Assembly (NCBI GenBank): GCA_963924565.1 | Contig: OZ004609.1 | Coordinates: forward strand, 25,296,001-25,360,000 | DNA from: Ascidiella aspersa | Lineage: Eukaryota | DNA length: 64,000 nucleotides | Direction of reading: 5' to 3' | In this document: positions 24,015 through 64,000 of the stretch, in pieces | Numbering within the stretch: position 1 is the stretch's first letter | How the letters are laid out: every line of letters starts with the position of its first letter | Program-made: the position numbers and the translations under genes | The notes under the pieces: model-generated | Seen by the model: only the letters and a program-made list of their open reading frames with translations | What the model was told of the DNA's origin: nothing | Database searches by the model: none

Positions 24015-26590
24015 AGTTGATAAGTTGCCAAAAAAGTTTTATACTTAATACAAACTCTATATCAACAAAATAATTTAGATAAATGGTAACAAAATGAGAT
24101 GAACTAATAAAACTAAAAACATTATGAAAACAATTACTAGGGGATGTCCCTTAACTGAATTTTGATATATTATAGAATCGTTATAAAATTTAGCCGTCAA
24201 ATATTTTTGTAGGCTTTTTAAAAGCCTGACAACTATATTTTTCTACGTAGCACAAGAAGTCGTCTTAGACCCTTCGCGAATATCTGTCACTGTTAGATAT
24301 AATTGTGGAGTGTGGTCTGTGATTTATATCTTAAATGATTGTTGAAATTAAAGTTGTAGGCTAATCATCTAATTCTATTCTATAACGAGTGCACCGGTAG
24401 TTTCAAGGGCTAATCGCAATTTAAGATGAATAAGGTAAAATCATCGCTCTACTTAAACTCCTTGTCTTCAAGCTGCTTAATTTATCACCCTGCATATTGG
24501 GACGGTAAAGTGAAAGCATTGATATGACCGAGGTTTTCTTTTTACTTTGTACATCACCGCATAATTAGTAGGATATTGTCACTGTGTTTCAGAATTTTTT
24601 TTTCGTGTTTTCTAAGTTTAAAAACCGTCAAGGTTTTCAACGTTTTTCCGCAAGCAGCTCTGAAGTACACGTCTCAGACCAAATCATCAGCCCCAATTAA
24701 ATTAATTATTTTTATTATTTTTTGGGGTCGAACTTTAATAAAAATATTTATTTAAAAGTTTTTATTCATTGTGTGCACAACCTATTCTTTAATGCTTTGA
24801 CAGCGAAGATATTGAAATACATAGATTCAACACGAAAATCCTAAATTATCTTAATCGCATGAAACGTGGATAAAAATACATTAATTTATTCAATTAAACA
24901 CATAAAATAAGTCAGTTAAACTTTATTGGGTCAAACGAACAAAAAACGAAGAATTGAAACGCTACCTAGTAGTACGGTGCTAAGTCACAAGCCAAAGATC
25001 TCGACACATTCTATACAGTTTGAAACAACGCTTCACAAGCAGCTTCGCAAGACGCATTTGGAAGCACAAGGAAAAATCAAACCGGTCTAATTCAATGAGG
25101 AGATATAACTGATGGACATATTGACGTAACAATGTAAATCCATTTTTTATAGAACCCTTCAAAGAAGCACCGATAAGACATTATGTTTAATATATGGAAT
25201 ATCTAATGCGTTGACCTTGTCCAATGGAGGCGTTTGGATACAAAGAGAAAATTTATCATTTGAGTCAGTTGTTTCTAATGTAAACGACAACGATGCATCG
25301 ATAAACCTCCACTCCGCAGAAAGTACCAAAGGCGATAATTACCGAATAAAACTTATTGAGACGGTTAAGTTAAGTTGTAGAGCACGCGCCACACGGCAGT
25401 TGCGTACTATAAAATCACGAAAGTCTGTTTTCAGGATTGGCACGAATTCAGGTTAAAGTGCACAGCGCCCTTGACTTGTGCGCAACCGCATTTGCAAATT
25501 TAAAAGCAGCGTTGGAAAAAACGGAAAAGAAAAGGCCGGACGTTCTCAAAGACTTAGTCATGTATATATGGCCCAAGCGACACATAAACAAAGTTTGTGC
25601 AACGACGTGCGATGGATTGGACGAAAGAGAAGAAATTGCATCGCGCACAACATTCTTACAACGTGGGCGAGAGTTTGTCTGACCGCCTTGCATCGGCAAG
25701 TGGAAGATATGAACTAGAGTTAAATAAACATGCTGAAGCGAACGAAAATCTGCTGTCGCAATGAGAAACGATTTATACAATTGCCATGGAGGATTTTTTT
25801 TCGGTTTTGCGCTTTTTAATTTAAAATGTGGTTAAATTAAACTTTACGAGTTGAATCAAACTCGCAAAAGACGTAGAACAATCTTCGAAAAAAAAAGCGA
25901 AAAAAGCAACGATAACAATTTTCAGACACTCGCGCCCGCGGCAGAAATATAACATCGCGAAATGGAGTACGGAAGGATGTAGGTTTAACGCGGCGCAGCT
26001 TTCGTTTCTTTACCGTTTAGAGACAGCAGAAGTACCATTTATGCGAATGCAGATAGTCGTCTAAAAAGAAGAAGACAACAAATATGACTGTACAGTGCAC
26101 ACTAAGGTAGTAAGCTCACTGGCAGCAACACTAGCTTCAACAAGACTGCAGATGAATATTGCCGGGGAGGGAAAAATCGCAGCTTTACCAAACATGTTAA
26201 GGGAAAATTGTCGACTTTGTAGCAACGCAAGACAGAGGGAGGGAGCTAGCATTGATATACAGTCTGTAAAACGACTACACTACTCAATACTCATACTACG
26301 GGAACGCGTCCGGTCAGTAATAAAATCACCAGAAAGCAGGAGGGAACAAAGCATATCTGGCGCGACTGTTACAAAGCATGAAGTTGCTGAATCGGAGCAG
26401 GGCGAAAATAGTAGCAAATTATGCAACAGAGTTCAGGAATTGTTATTGATTAAGGGTTAAAACACAAAATAGGGAAAAAACGAACTCCGCAGATCCGCGC
26501 AGATCGGTGAGCGGCGGGCTTTCGTTCCTTTACTATACTAGAGCCCCGTCGCGAGTGATGTCACCCCCAAGATCAGGCCGGATGACGTCA

Positions 26591-52894
<26,304 letters not shown>

Positions 52895-53889
52895 TTTTAC
52901 TGATTAGATTATTGAGACAGCCAGCAATGGCTAAATGTTAAAAAAGTTTTAAATAAAAGGTTAAGTGTTAATATTAAAATTAATTAACATTTGTTTGGTT
53001 TGTTTGTTAATACAAGATTGTGCACTTTAACTATTAGGCTTTAGTAAAGATCACCAAACAACACTTTACTCATTAAATCTCAGCACAATTAATATCATTA
53101 ATGCTAGATACAGATATTAAAACATATAACACCATAAATTCTGCCTCAATTAATAAACCAAATTCAAAAACTACCCCTTATTATTAACATTACTTGCGTT
53201 TTTGTTGTTTTTACTAGTTCACCATTTCAAATATATGATGCCCAATCCAATCATGTGACTTCATTTATAAAGCGCTTTCCTGTAACTTGACCCCTCACAA
53301 CGTAAGCTATCCCACGTGCTGGCAATATCGATACACAGTCTGTGATAACGAACAACTGAGTTTTGTTTGTCTCGCTTTTCTGCTGATATCATCGCTATTC
53401 CGCCTTCTCACAAACCGGCACATGAATTAAATTGCGCACTCAGTTCGAATTATTACAAAATCTGCGGTGAAACGTGTGGAGCAACATCCCCACCGTGCGG
53501 AAAAAACTGAACAACATATAAACAGTTTACTAAACTACAGAGCATGCATTTTATCCTGAATTAGTTAAAAAAAACATAATAGCAAATTATTGTGCTATAG
53601 CATTTATTTGATTAAGTTTGCAAAAAAAATAATTCGTTTTAGAAGATATGGTAATAATTCACAAAAGCAACTAGGCTGAGTCTCGGGTTGATTTCAATAA
53701 AATAACCGCTATTTTAATGAAATTGCCTATAGTAGGTTGATTGTTTTAGTGTTATACAAGTCTACAATTAGGTTACAACAGTAAAGAGACAAGACGGCAG
53801 TCACACAACTTCTACAAGTTTGTTTAGGTTCACAACATGTGTATGGTAGGCTACACTGATGACTATTGGTACGCCAGGTCTTTCTAGAC

Positions 53890-54212
53890 CAGTGTTTAGC
53901 AGCCTTTTGGCTTGCGGCACCCTTCATAAATCATAAATAGTTCGCGGTACCCTTGCTCGTATTTTTGCTGGGTGGTTAACTGTCGTACGTTGCAATAAAC
54001 GAGATAGAAACAAACATCAACTGTGCAACATGGTTGAAAAACCTTAACTTTTGTCACTTTTATCGTACACAAAAACTTGTATCAAGAAGCTTACCAATAC
54101 ACCAAAAATTGGGTTCCTTAAGAATTTGAAATATCTTTCGACACTCTTGAGTCTTGAGTGTTAAAAATAGCACCCTGGCCTAGAGTGCCGCGACCCCGGT
54201 TGAGAACCACTG
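53890..54212. mobile_element. hAT/Charlie-type MITE upstream of the distal KCC start
   Basis: TIR CAGTGTTTAGCAGCC / GGTTGAGAACCACTG. TSD TTCTAGAC / GTCTAGAC (7/8) matches the NTCTAGAN target preference. Internal GCGGCACCC-type motifs. Confidence 0.85.
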
Positions 54213-56298
54213 GTCTAGACTGTCCGCTAACAGCTTGGAGGTCGACAGTTGCGTGTCAATAGGGTTGGCACGCCTACAGAAAAAACCTTTGTTGTAGGCT
54301 ATAGTTAAGACGCGCTAATGGAGTATGGCCCGAAGTTTATTTAAAATTTTATTAAAATTTCCCTCTTTTTGTGATGTATAACAGTAGTTTAATTTTTTTT
54401 TAATATTTAGGAATGTTTTAAGTTTACTCGTGTAATGGCATTCGGTCAAAATGCCTGTACCCATTTTTTAGTATAGGCCACGTTTCTCTAATACGTGTGT
54501 ATCATCCGTGTGTAAGTGCACGTCAACGCCATTTTTTTAAATTGATGCAATTTAGCAAGCAACCAAATAGCAATGTTGCGTGTGTTGTTTCTCAAATGGA
54601 AAGACTAAATACTGGACTATAGCGCCACAGTACGGCACTTGCCTAAGCATGTAATAGACCGGCCCTACATAGGCCTAATGAAAATATATTTTGGCATACG
54701 GCCCGCATCTGCCAGAAATAATTTTTTTGTACCGTGGCGTTATTTTATAGTGAACACGTGATCCTGTGTTTCTTAACGGCGTCTAAACGTAAGAAATGGG
54801 GCTTGAAGTGAAAAATTGCTTATTGATAAAACATCCACATTAAATGCGATATTTTGCGAACTCCACCTAAGTTTTGCTTGGTTAAACGAACTGTAAGAAG
54901 GATTTAAGCTTAACCCATAAAAGTTTAAAAATGAAAAATTGCTATAACCATTTTTAGGAATATTGCGACGACGCTCGCTTGGTACGCGCGCTCGTTGTTT
55001 CGTCTTTTTATCTCAGAGTATATTTTTTTAATCTGACAAATATATTTTAAGATACATATTTCTATATAAATTTAATTCCGTTTAAGTATTTTCAGTAAGG
55101 ATAATGCTCAAAGTTAAAAAAATCCAAATATCAAACAGTCATAAGCAAAATCGTAATGTTTGGGTTGTACGATACACCAAATTGTATACCGGCTTCCTAA
55201 GATATACCAAAATAGAATTAAGATATTTCACAATGGCGTTGAAGGTTTTTTGTTATTGTCAAGTTAAGAACCACTGCTCTTTGCTCTTGGAAAAAAAATT
55301 ATGTTTATATTTCTGAGAGTTTACCCTTTATCTCGCATTTAAAAGTGTATTATTTTTGGTTTGTCAAACTATAAGCTTAATCAGACCGTGTTTGCATATG
55401 CATAGTTTTAACATTTGGCTGTTGGAAAAGACTTACAAGCAATCGCACAAGAGAGCCATTTTTGTTCAACTCAAAAACGTTGAACCATCGTTGTACTGTC
55501 TCGATATCAGAAACAAATTTTATTTTAAAACATATTGACTGTAAACAACAAGGGGATGGGTGCAGAAATGACATTTGTATCCTATATTTATCAAATTGTA
55601 GTCTAAATAAAAATATTTGAAGCTTTTACTCTTGCCAAAATCATTTGGCTGGGACTAAACACATTTATTGGCAAAATAAATGTACTTTGAATTTAAATTG
55701 TTCAACTTATGTCAAAATATTTTCTTGTGCTGTGCCTTTTTCTAGCCTAACCTATGTGGTTGTCCCTGATCTTCGCCAGGGTGCTCCATTCTTAAGCCCG
55801 CATCTATATGGAACAGCCATTTAATCAAGCGTTCGAATTTTATCAGGAATTTAAAACCCATACACAGCTTCAAAATCTACGCCATAAAATCAAAAAAGCC
55901 TAAACATTTAAACTTTAAATTTTAAAGGAAAGGCAAACCTATTAGCACGGTTGTTTTTGTTTTATTATGTGTGGCCCGCATTTTTGTCGCCTGTACAAAA
56001 ATATCAGATGGAGCGTATTAGCTTAATAAGTATGTGTTTTCACAACAGAATCTTGCTCTTCAACAGCATGCATAAAATTGACGATTAAAGTTCTAATTTT
56101 TAATAGCTTAAAAAGGAGAGCATCCCTTCGAACAACAATCAGTCAGCAAGGTCTAGGTCTACTCTAAAACTTTTAATATAATATGCATTCGCCTTATTAA
56201 TGAATGGCATTATTAGTTTATCGATACAAAGCGTAGTATGTTGAAATAAACACTGAACTCGAAGAGTGCCGTCTAGGTTGCAATGCCATGGTCTATGG

Positions 56299-56970
56299 CA
56301 GAGTTTCTCAACCGTGGCTCTCGGCCCCCAGGGGGACACGGAGTGGTAATTGGGAGGCCACGGACATAACTCTCTAGCATATAGATAATGGTACTACTCT
56401 ACCGTTTATGTTGGGTAATTGGAACCGATATAATTTATTCGTTGTATCGCCGAAAGTTTGGATTAACGCCGCCTATCGCTGTGGCGAAACAATTATTGTG
56501 CTGCATCAAATGCCAAAATGCCAGGTACAGTAGAGATTTCCTTGAAGGGCGTTAAGATACAAACAAACATGTCATTGTAAAACGAGCAAAGTTAGCTATA
56601 CAGGGTTACTCAAGGTGACTTAAGGCCAAAATTCAGCGAGGTTATGCACCGCGTAATTGTCAAGTAATAGCAACACATCAATGGTAGTAATTACTTTGTA
56701 TTCTTTGCAGCATATTACATAAATGCCTAACGTATAACATTTGCAATGAAGTAGGCCCATAACTAAAACACAACATTGTTTTCACTGCACTTCCTATATG
56801 GGCAAAAAATACGTTTTGGCAACAACTTGGTGTTTCTATCACGTTAATTATAATTATGTTCTTCTTTATTTCTTCGCGTGGTTATGCACTCTAATTTAAA
56901 AACTTCTTCAGGTGGCGGTTTTAGAAAGTTAATTATTTATTCGCAGGGGGCTACGAGGGTTGAGAGCATA
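56299..56970. mobile_element. Degenerate hAT/Charlie-type element
   Basis: Left end CAGAGTTTCTCAACCGTGGCTCTCGGCCCCCAGGGGG follows GTCTATGG. A partial right end GGGGGCTACGAGGGTTGAGAGC lies near 56946-56968. Right boundary is approximate. Confidence 0.55.
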
Positions 56971-57853
56971 TAAAAAATCATGAATGTAAGCAGTTGTCTA
57001 GTGGCACTTTTTAATGCCGCAATATAAAAATACTTACGGTCGAAAATGGTAAAACAAGCAAATCCGTATTGACATTAGAAACTCTTCCTCGTCATTCGCC
57101 GCGCGTAACGTGTGCACTCTTGGATCAAATGTGAGAGCGCTATCGTTAAGCGGCAATAAAAAAGTGCATTCGTGTCAAGAACGCTACTCCGTCTTCCAGT
57201 CACCTTTCTTTGCTGCAGAAAGTCAAACAAGGCGAAAGCTTGACATCACCGGGACGAGAATTTATTGACGCGAACAGACGGTGTATTGCACAAGGTACGA
57301 CGATATGTACACGACGGGCGTCGGCGACGGCATGTGTGCGTCAGGCCAGACGCTCCCATGGACTTTTCAAGCGCTGTGCTTTTTAAGAGCAATTTAAAAT
57401 GGGTGGCGATCGGCGAATTTGGCGGGTCTGTTCGAAACGGCGAACGTTCGTCGTTTGGTGACGTTATGATGCAATTTAGGCCGTTTAATATGCACAAAAC
57501 GAAATTACAGTTGTTTGGATCATTTGAATGCGATTGATACTTGTGCAAACACTACTAAAATCTTTTTCTTATGGTACAAAGCGTGTGAGGTACGACAACC
57601 AGCGACCGGGGCTACGTTAAGTGGGCGTCTGACAACACGCATCGAACTGCAAAACGGCGAATTCGCATTACCACTGCGCGCAAATGTAGAAACAAGTAAA
57701 TTTAATAAAAACACGTTATATATATAATATATCGGTCGAAGTGACGCGACGGCACCGACACGATCAACACGAAGACTATGAACACAAATCGAAAAGGGGG
57801 AGAGATAAGTCGTAAAAATGCAACAACAGCAGTTCACCGGCGCCCGTCGGCGC

Positions 57854-60800
57854 TCACATGATGGGAATGTAGCTGTCGATCTTGGCCCGGTGCCTCTGCG
57901 CAATGCACTCGGCGATCCAGATGATGTTGCGGCACTCCTGTTCCTTCAGCTTGACGTAGGAGTAGAATACGCCATACTGGAATTGCTGCATGAAGCTGTT
58001 GAGGTTCATCAGCACCTTTTCGACAGAACAACAAAATAAATTACGGGGGTTCAGTGGTTGAATAATATGCGCCTTAAATTCAATAATCAAACAGAAGCCT
58101 TTTGCTCGAACTAATTAAACTGGTGCAGAAAAGTACAGTTTCATTTAGTATTCTCTTTCTAACTACTATGAGCATTGAGCACCAATAAACAGAGATTTTA
58201 AAAGTACAGAAAATACTTTCACGGATAGTAAAAAAATATATCTAAAATACCTCATGTTCGAAGAATCTGTCCTCTAAAGTCTTGTCACCAGGGTTGTTTC
58301 CAGTGCCCTCAAAAAGTGGCTTGTATTCCTACAAAATTAGTTGTTTTAAATAAACCATGCAAGACAATATTAATATTATACAACATTGCCATTTGCCTTG
58401 CATCAAAATTAAGAAAACTTCTGAAGAAATATACAGAGGTTAAGTAAAAAAAAATTGTTCTTCGATTAAGTTACCAATTATAATGTTGATATAGCAAAGC
58501 AAAATTGAAAACCTAAAAATAGAAATCAGTTGACTCGCATTTATTTTCAAAACACTATAGTGCTCTGAAGAATGACGTGAAATGTCATTTAGGCAAAGAC
58601 AAAGATTGTAGAAACATCACTTACAGAGTAATACTCGGCGATGCGCTTCACTGTGTCATAGTCCTCTGCTTTTGACAGTTCAACCAAGCCATCTGGGTAA
58701 AGCTTGCCTCTTCTTGGGTACAGCTTGGCTCTGTCATCCTTAGATAGCTCTGTTCCGAAGGAGTTGATTGTGATGATAATGGCACGTCGATCAGCTTCAA
58801 ACTGGATTAGTAATATTTTTAAATACAACTACACTAACCAACATGTCATTAGGTGTGTTTAGTAATCAACTACCTTATTTAAATATTCTGTCAAGTACAT
58901 CTTGCGCAGTTGATATAACCATATTATGAATAGACTTGCAAATGATAAAACTTTATTTAAAATTCTATGGTGTTCTTATCTCATATTATTACTAACTATG
59001 TGAGATTTAGTTCACTATATTAACACATATATAATATGTATTTATCATAAAAAACAACAATGTGATGTTCAAGTCCACTTTTGGTATTTCAGATACACTA
59101 CAAAACATGAAAAAAATCAAAAAAACTCACTGCCAGAATGTCACACATCACATCAGCAGTTGCACCGCCCATCTCCTTGCACCAATCATAAAACGACTCC
59201 AAATAAGCCTTGTAGAGCGTGTTTCGGATAATCTCTATGTTCATCTCATTTAAGTCTTCCTCAGAAATGCACTCCTGGAAGAAGGGAGCTGAAAACAAAC
59301 AGTTGGTTACAAACTTGTTTTTTAATTTATATCATTCTAAACAAAGACTTCACCAACCAAATGTGAGTACCATAGGTAGAGTGTAAATAAAATTCAGAAA
59401 ACATAGGACAATTATCTTGCTTTGGCATTTTTTTATATAGTGGTCCAGTATTTAACTTGAGATAATTTCAAATTGAAGGTAAATACATTTAAAAGTAGGG
59501 GTCTAGAGCAATGCTAAACATACAAGCCACAGTGATTAGTGCATTCAGACTAGATTCTCATAGTTTTCAACAACCCACAAATCTATATATACTTGGACCT
59601 AAGGCAATAACATTGCGATGTCATTTTGTTCTTAATCTTATTCCTCAGTTTCTTAATATATAAAATCTATCTTAGTTGTGTTTCAACAAACATTGCATAA
59701 AAGTTCCATACTTTTAATTATAAGCCTAGGAATTTGAGGTGTTTTAAACATTTTAGGATGGGCATAAAATTAAGCTTGAAGATAACAGGATGGGAACTGT
59801 TCAATTTTATTGCCTTTAGCAATAATAGTTCATTTGCTCTAGGCTGTCTTGACTTGTTGACTACTGTTGTTTTATAGGATATATTTAAAGATGTGCAATC
59901 AAAATTTTTCAACCATGTTACTGTGCCACAAGTCAAAAAAATGTTGTGCAGCACTGGTCTGAATGAATATATAACTGACATAAACCTGTAGTTTACCTAA
60001 GGGTGAATCAACGAGAATGGCATTGTACAGGTCAGCTGTCGTCGTGGCGATAGTCACTGTTTCCATTTGATCAAAATGTCCAAGCGGATGACACTTGGGT
60101 AGAAGTTCAGAAAGCTGGCGCTGATGAAGCGTTCCAGTGATCAGCAGGATAATATTGTCAATCATGTAACTGTATCTAAGTTCAGGAATTGGTGGATGTT
60201 AATAAAGTCAACTTAAACATTCATTATTACCGCATTTAAATAGCTAAAACATTCATGTGGCACTTTTTATTTTGATAGAAGATTTATGACAGAAAATTTT
60301 ACATTTACACAAACTTTCATACTTAACGTAATCCAGGAAAGTAGCCATCTCATTGTAGGCATGATTTCTTATATATTCAAATTCAATAACAAGCTTTTCA
60401 CGAAGCTTGTCGTCAATAACAGACACAGTAAGTGGTGATGGCTCATTTGCTAGAAAATGACCATAACCTGTTCCTTGAAGATGAAGTTTCAAATCTAAAA
60501 TATATTAGAAACATTTGACATCAACTAGATGACAAAGATGTCAATTTTTCAATGACTTATTTGAACACAAAGAAGAAATCTTGGCTGCAGTGAGTAGTTT
60601 GTATAATATAAACGGACTCCGGCCATAAGACCAAGATATGAACAACACCAGCGTCAGAATAAAACCAATTCAGAATAAGGCCAAAATAAGACTAATACCT
60701 AATGGTAAAATACCTAATGGTATTAGTACGGTCCAAATCGAAATAAGTCCTAAATCCGTCGGAATAAGACCTTAAAAGTCTGAATCAGTCTTAAACAACA

Positions 60801-62018
60801 CTTTAACTAACCCCAAACGTCGCCAAGTGCATCACTAACTGCCCTAATAATTTCAACGCTAACCCATGTTCTAACCCCGCCCATTAACCACGAATAACCC
60901 TAACCAGGACCAAAGTCCGGTGCCAAAACAGTGGCGCCCTGACGGCGCTGGTCAGACTAGGGTGTTCAAACATAGTTACCAAAACGGCCAACGCCAGACG
61001 GATGGCCCCGATTGTCCCATACCCTCTATGCACAGGTTTGGGCGTTATTTTGGTCTTTTAGGCCTTATTCCGGTGAATTTAGGCCTTATTCCGATGAATT
61101 TAGGCCTTATTTAGATGAATTTAGGATTAATTCAGGTGAATTTAGGCCTTATTCCAATGAATTTAGGCCGTATTCTGACAGATTTAGATGTTATTCAGAC
61201 GATTTTGATCTTATGCTGTACTGGATATTACTGCGTATTTGGCTGTATTATGTCGTTGGTCTTAATACTACGGTTTTATAGATTTTTCTCCTTTAGGTAT
61301 TGCTGCGTTTTAGGTCTTATTGTGTGTTCCCATGTAAACATCCTTTCTAATGGATGAAAACTAGCCTGCTCAAACACCACTTGAATACAAATCATGCCGA
61401 CAAAAGGGCACATATGCTAGTTACTTAAAGCAACCTGAATGTACCGTACAATGCTTGGAAAAAAGTGGCCCTATTTACAAGAGGAAAGGAGGAATTAAAG
61501 CGTTGTATGAATTCACCCTCCTGGTGTACAGGTAAAATTTTGGAGTTGTCTAAATGTAGGTGGTAGAGGAACATTGTATAAAACAAACATATTGTATGCT
61601 AGTAGGTACAGTTTGAGATGCACTGCTATAGTTGGTGGCAGACGTACTTGCGAAAAATAGCCAAAACAACATAAAATACAGATGCCAAGGCTGCTAAGAG
61701 TGTGAACCTCAATAAAACTCAACTGGAATACAAGAATAAAAAGCAAAAAACAAACATTGAAGATAGTTTAGGTTTACTTAAAAAGTAATGAAAAACAATA
61801 CATTTCACTAAAGCAAACCGTCATCTTTTCCATAGCAATACACCCTATTATAGAAAAAAAATTATAAATACACTCAACTATATACCTTCCAGTGTATCAC
61901 ACTGAGTAAGATGTCTGTAGTCTTCTTTGGTTAAGATTCCATTTTTAAATCCTCGCATCAAACCTTCCAGAAACCCATTGTCAACATTGAATAGCAATTC
62001 AGATAAATCAAAACCCAT
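57854..62018 (-). CDS. ATP6V0D1: V-type proton ATPase subunit d; exons 62018-61886, 60494-60323, 60175-59997, 59288-59131, 58801-58625, 58328-58251, 58015-57854
   Basis: [23 protein letters not shown]...[17 protein letters not shown]...[19 protein letters not shown]...[16 protein letters not shown]...[19 protein letters not shown]...[32 protein letters not shown]. Intron phases are consistent. Confidence 0.97.
60560..61520 (+). pseudogene. Decayed hAT (Charlie/Buster-type) transposase N-terminal BED-finger remnant, split by the Merlin-like insertion
   Basis: Removing 60614-61331 joins Q*VVC (60588-60602) to NILSNG / [17 protein letters not shown] (about 61337-61404). This resembles the Buster-type consensus PQCVIC...LSN.SMKPS.LKRHL.T.H. 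Stops and frameshifts are present; boundaries are approximate. Confidence 0.6.
60614..61331. mobile_element. Merlin-like non-autonomous DNA transposon (copy 2, opposite orientation) in ATP6V0D1 intron 1
   Basis: Collinear reverse complement of 37404-38194. Ends GGACTCCGGCCATAAGACC / GGTCTTATTGTGTGTTCCC. TSD ATATAAAC / ATGTAAAC (7/8). Six 21-bp units at 61060-61185. Confidence 0.87.
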
Positions 62019-63010
62019 TCTAAATGTTACTAAAACAACAATTTACAAGAAATCTATAGAAAAAAATTAATACATTTTTTACTTAAAATTAAATATGAAC
62101 CTACTTCTATCTTCATCATAACATATTTTAATTGCAATAGATGTTTTGAGATTCTGCAACAAAATTTATTTATTATTTAAAAAAAATATAAGTAAATAAA
62201 TATTTAAAAGATTGATGGCAGCATCGCTTACTGCTTTACATATTTTGTCTTAAATATTACACTTAAAACTATTTTCTACTTATTTCAAATCGATTTACAT
62301 TTTAAGGAATCAAGAATAATTTTACAAATAAATATAATAATTTGTGTTCTGAAAATATATATAATAATAATTTAAACAGGCCAAATATATATATATATAT
62401 ATAATAAAGAGGCCAAATATATATATATCTAACAGAAAAAGCATAGAAAAATTATTACTTGAGAATGTCAAAAGCTTTAGGAATTGCTGAATAAAACCTG
62501 AAAAAAGTGCTTATGTCGCAGACTTAAACAAAGAGAAAACTTGATAAGCCTTATTTAAACAGTCTGTTTGAAGTAATATTTTCCCATAGAAAAACTGCTG
62601 AACGTTGCAGTTCCTTACTTCTTTTGTTGAAGTTACGTAATATGTACATAACGTTCCTTCTTCCTTAGTGTAACCTTTATCAAGAAAGATTGAAAATTGC
62701 GACTCTGCCTTTACGCAAACCTCCCCAATAGCTTAAAAATTACTGATCCGAAACAGCTGAGTAATAATGCAAAATCATGTGATTGCAAAAATGCTCGTTC
62801 ATGTGACGCATCACACCATAGATACACAATATTAAACTGGTTAAAAAATAGCATTTAGGTCAAATATTACTTAAAAAGCTCTTTAAGTATATATTATCTC
62901 AATAAATTCTATTTTATGTTAAAAAACAGTTAAATAAAATATAACCTTAAATAATTCTTCATATAATGGGGAATTTTAAAACATCCGTTTCGGTTCGCTA
63001 ACTTCGTTCG

Positions 63011-63052
63011 TATATATAAGTTCTCGAAAACATGTGAGCGGCCTCATTCAGT
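63011..63052 (+). promoter_or_regulatory. Candidate AHCY core promoter (TATA + initiator)
   Basis: TATATATAAG at 63011-63020 and Inr-like TCATTCAGT at 63044-63052, about 30 nt apart and about 55 nt before the ATG. Confidence 0.55.
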
Positions 63053-63107
63053 CTCCACTTCCACCGTGTTGGTAGCATAACCTTAGTTGACGTATTTCAC
63101 AAGCAAT

Positions 63108-64000
<893 letters not shown>

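Noticed and set aside
57776-57856. GCGCC-GACG-GGCGC hairpin right after the ATP6V0D1 TGA, as a readthrough signal
   Set aside because: Only a 5-bp stem, the stop context TGA-G is not the leaky TGA-CTAG type, and the 25-codon extension has no recognisable motif.

Overview
This is eukaryotic (metazoan) genomic DNA. By inference it is an ascidian or other invertebrate chordate, given the short AT-rich introns, chordate-like proteins and alternating CpG-poor/CpG-rich domains. I assembled seven spliced genes by hand: MRTO4 (+, 478-2143), ASCC1 (-, 3431-5333), MLST8 (-, 6652-24014), an ARF-family GTPase (+, 16824-17892) nested antisense in the 11.5-kb intron 6 of MLST8, a K-Cl cotransporter of the SLC12A4-7/KCC group (-, 26591-52894), ATP6V0D1 (-, 57854-62018) and the 5' part of AHCY (+, 63108 to the window end). 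The KCC gene is the most interesting locus. It has three in-phase alternative N-termini, one of which builds its RFxV SPAK/OSR1-docking motif across a splice junction. It also has a 41-codon candidate cassette exon matching the position and length of vertebrate KCC2 exon 22, with two downstream UGCAUG sites, plus a 15-nt microexon, a GC-AG intron and a U12-type last intron. Several non-autonomous DNA transposons have readable TIRs and TSDs: hAT, Merlin-like and a Galileo-like foldback. One of them is nested in a decayed hAT transposase. Most short ORFs in the supplied track are spurious or exon fragments. Exon boundaries were read by eye, and comparisons to vertebrate proteins are from memory and need alignment to confirm.
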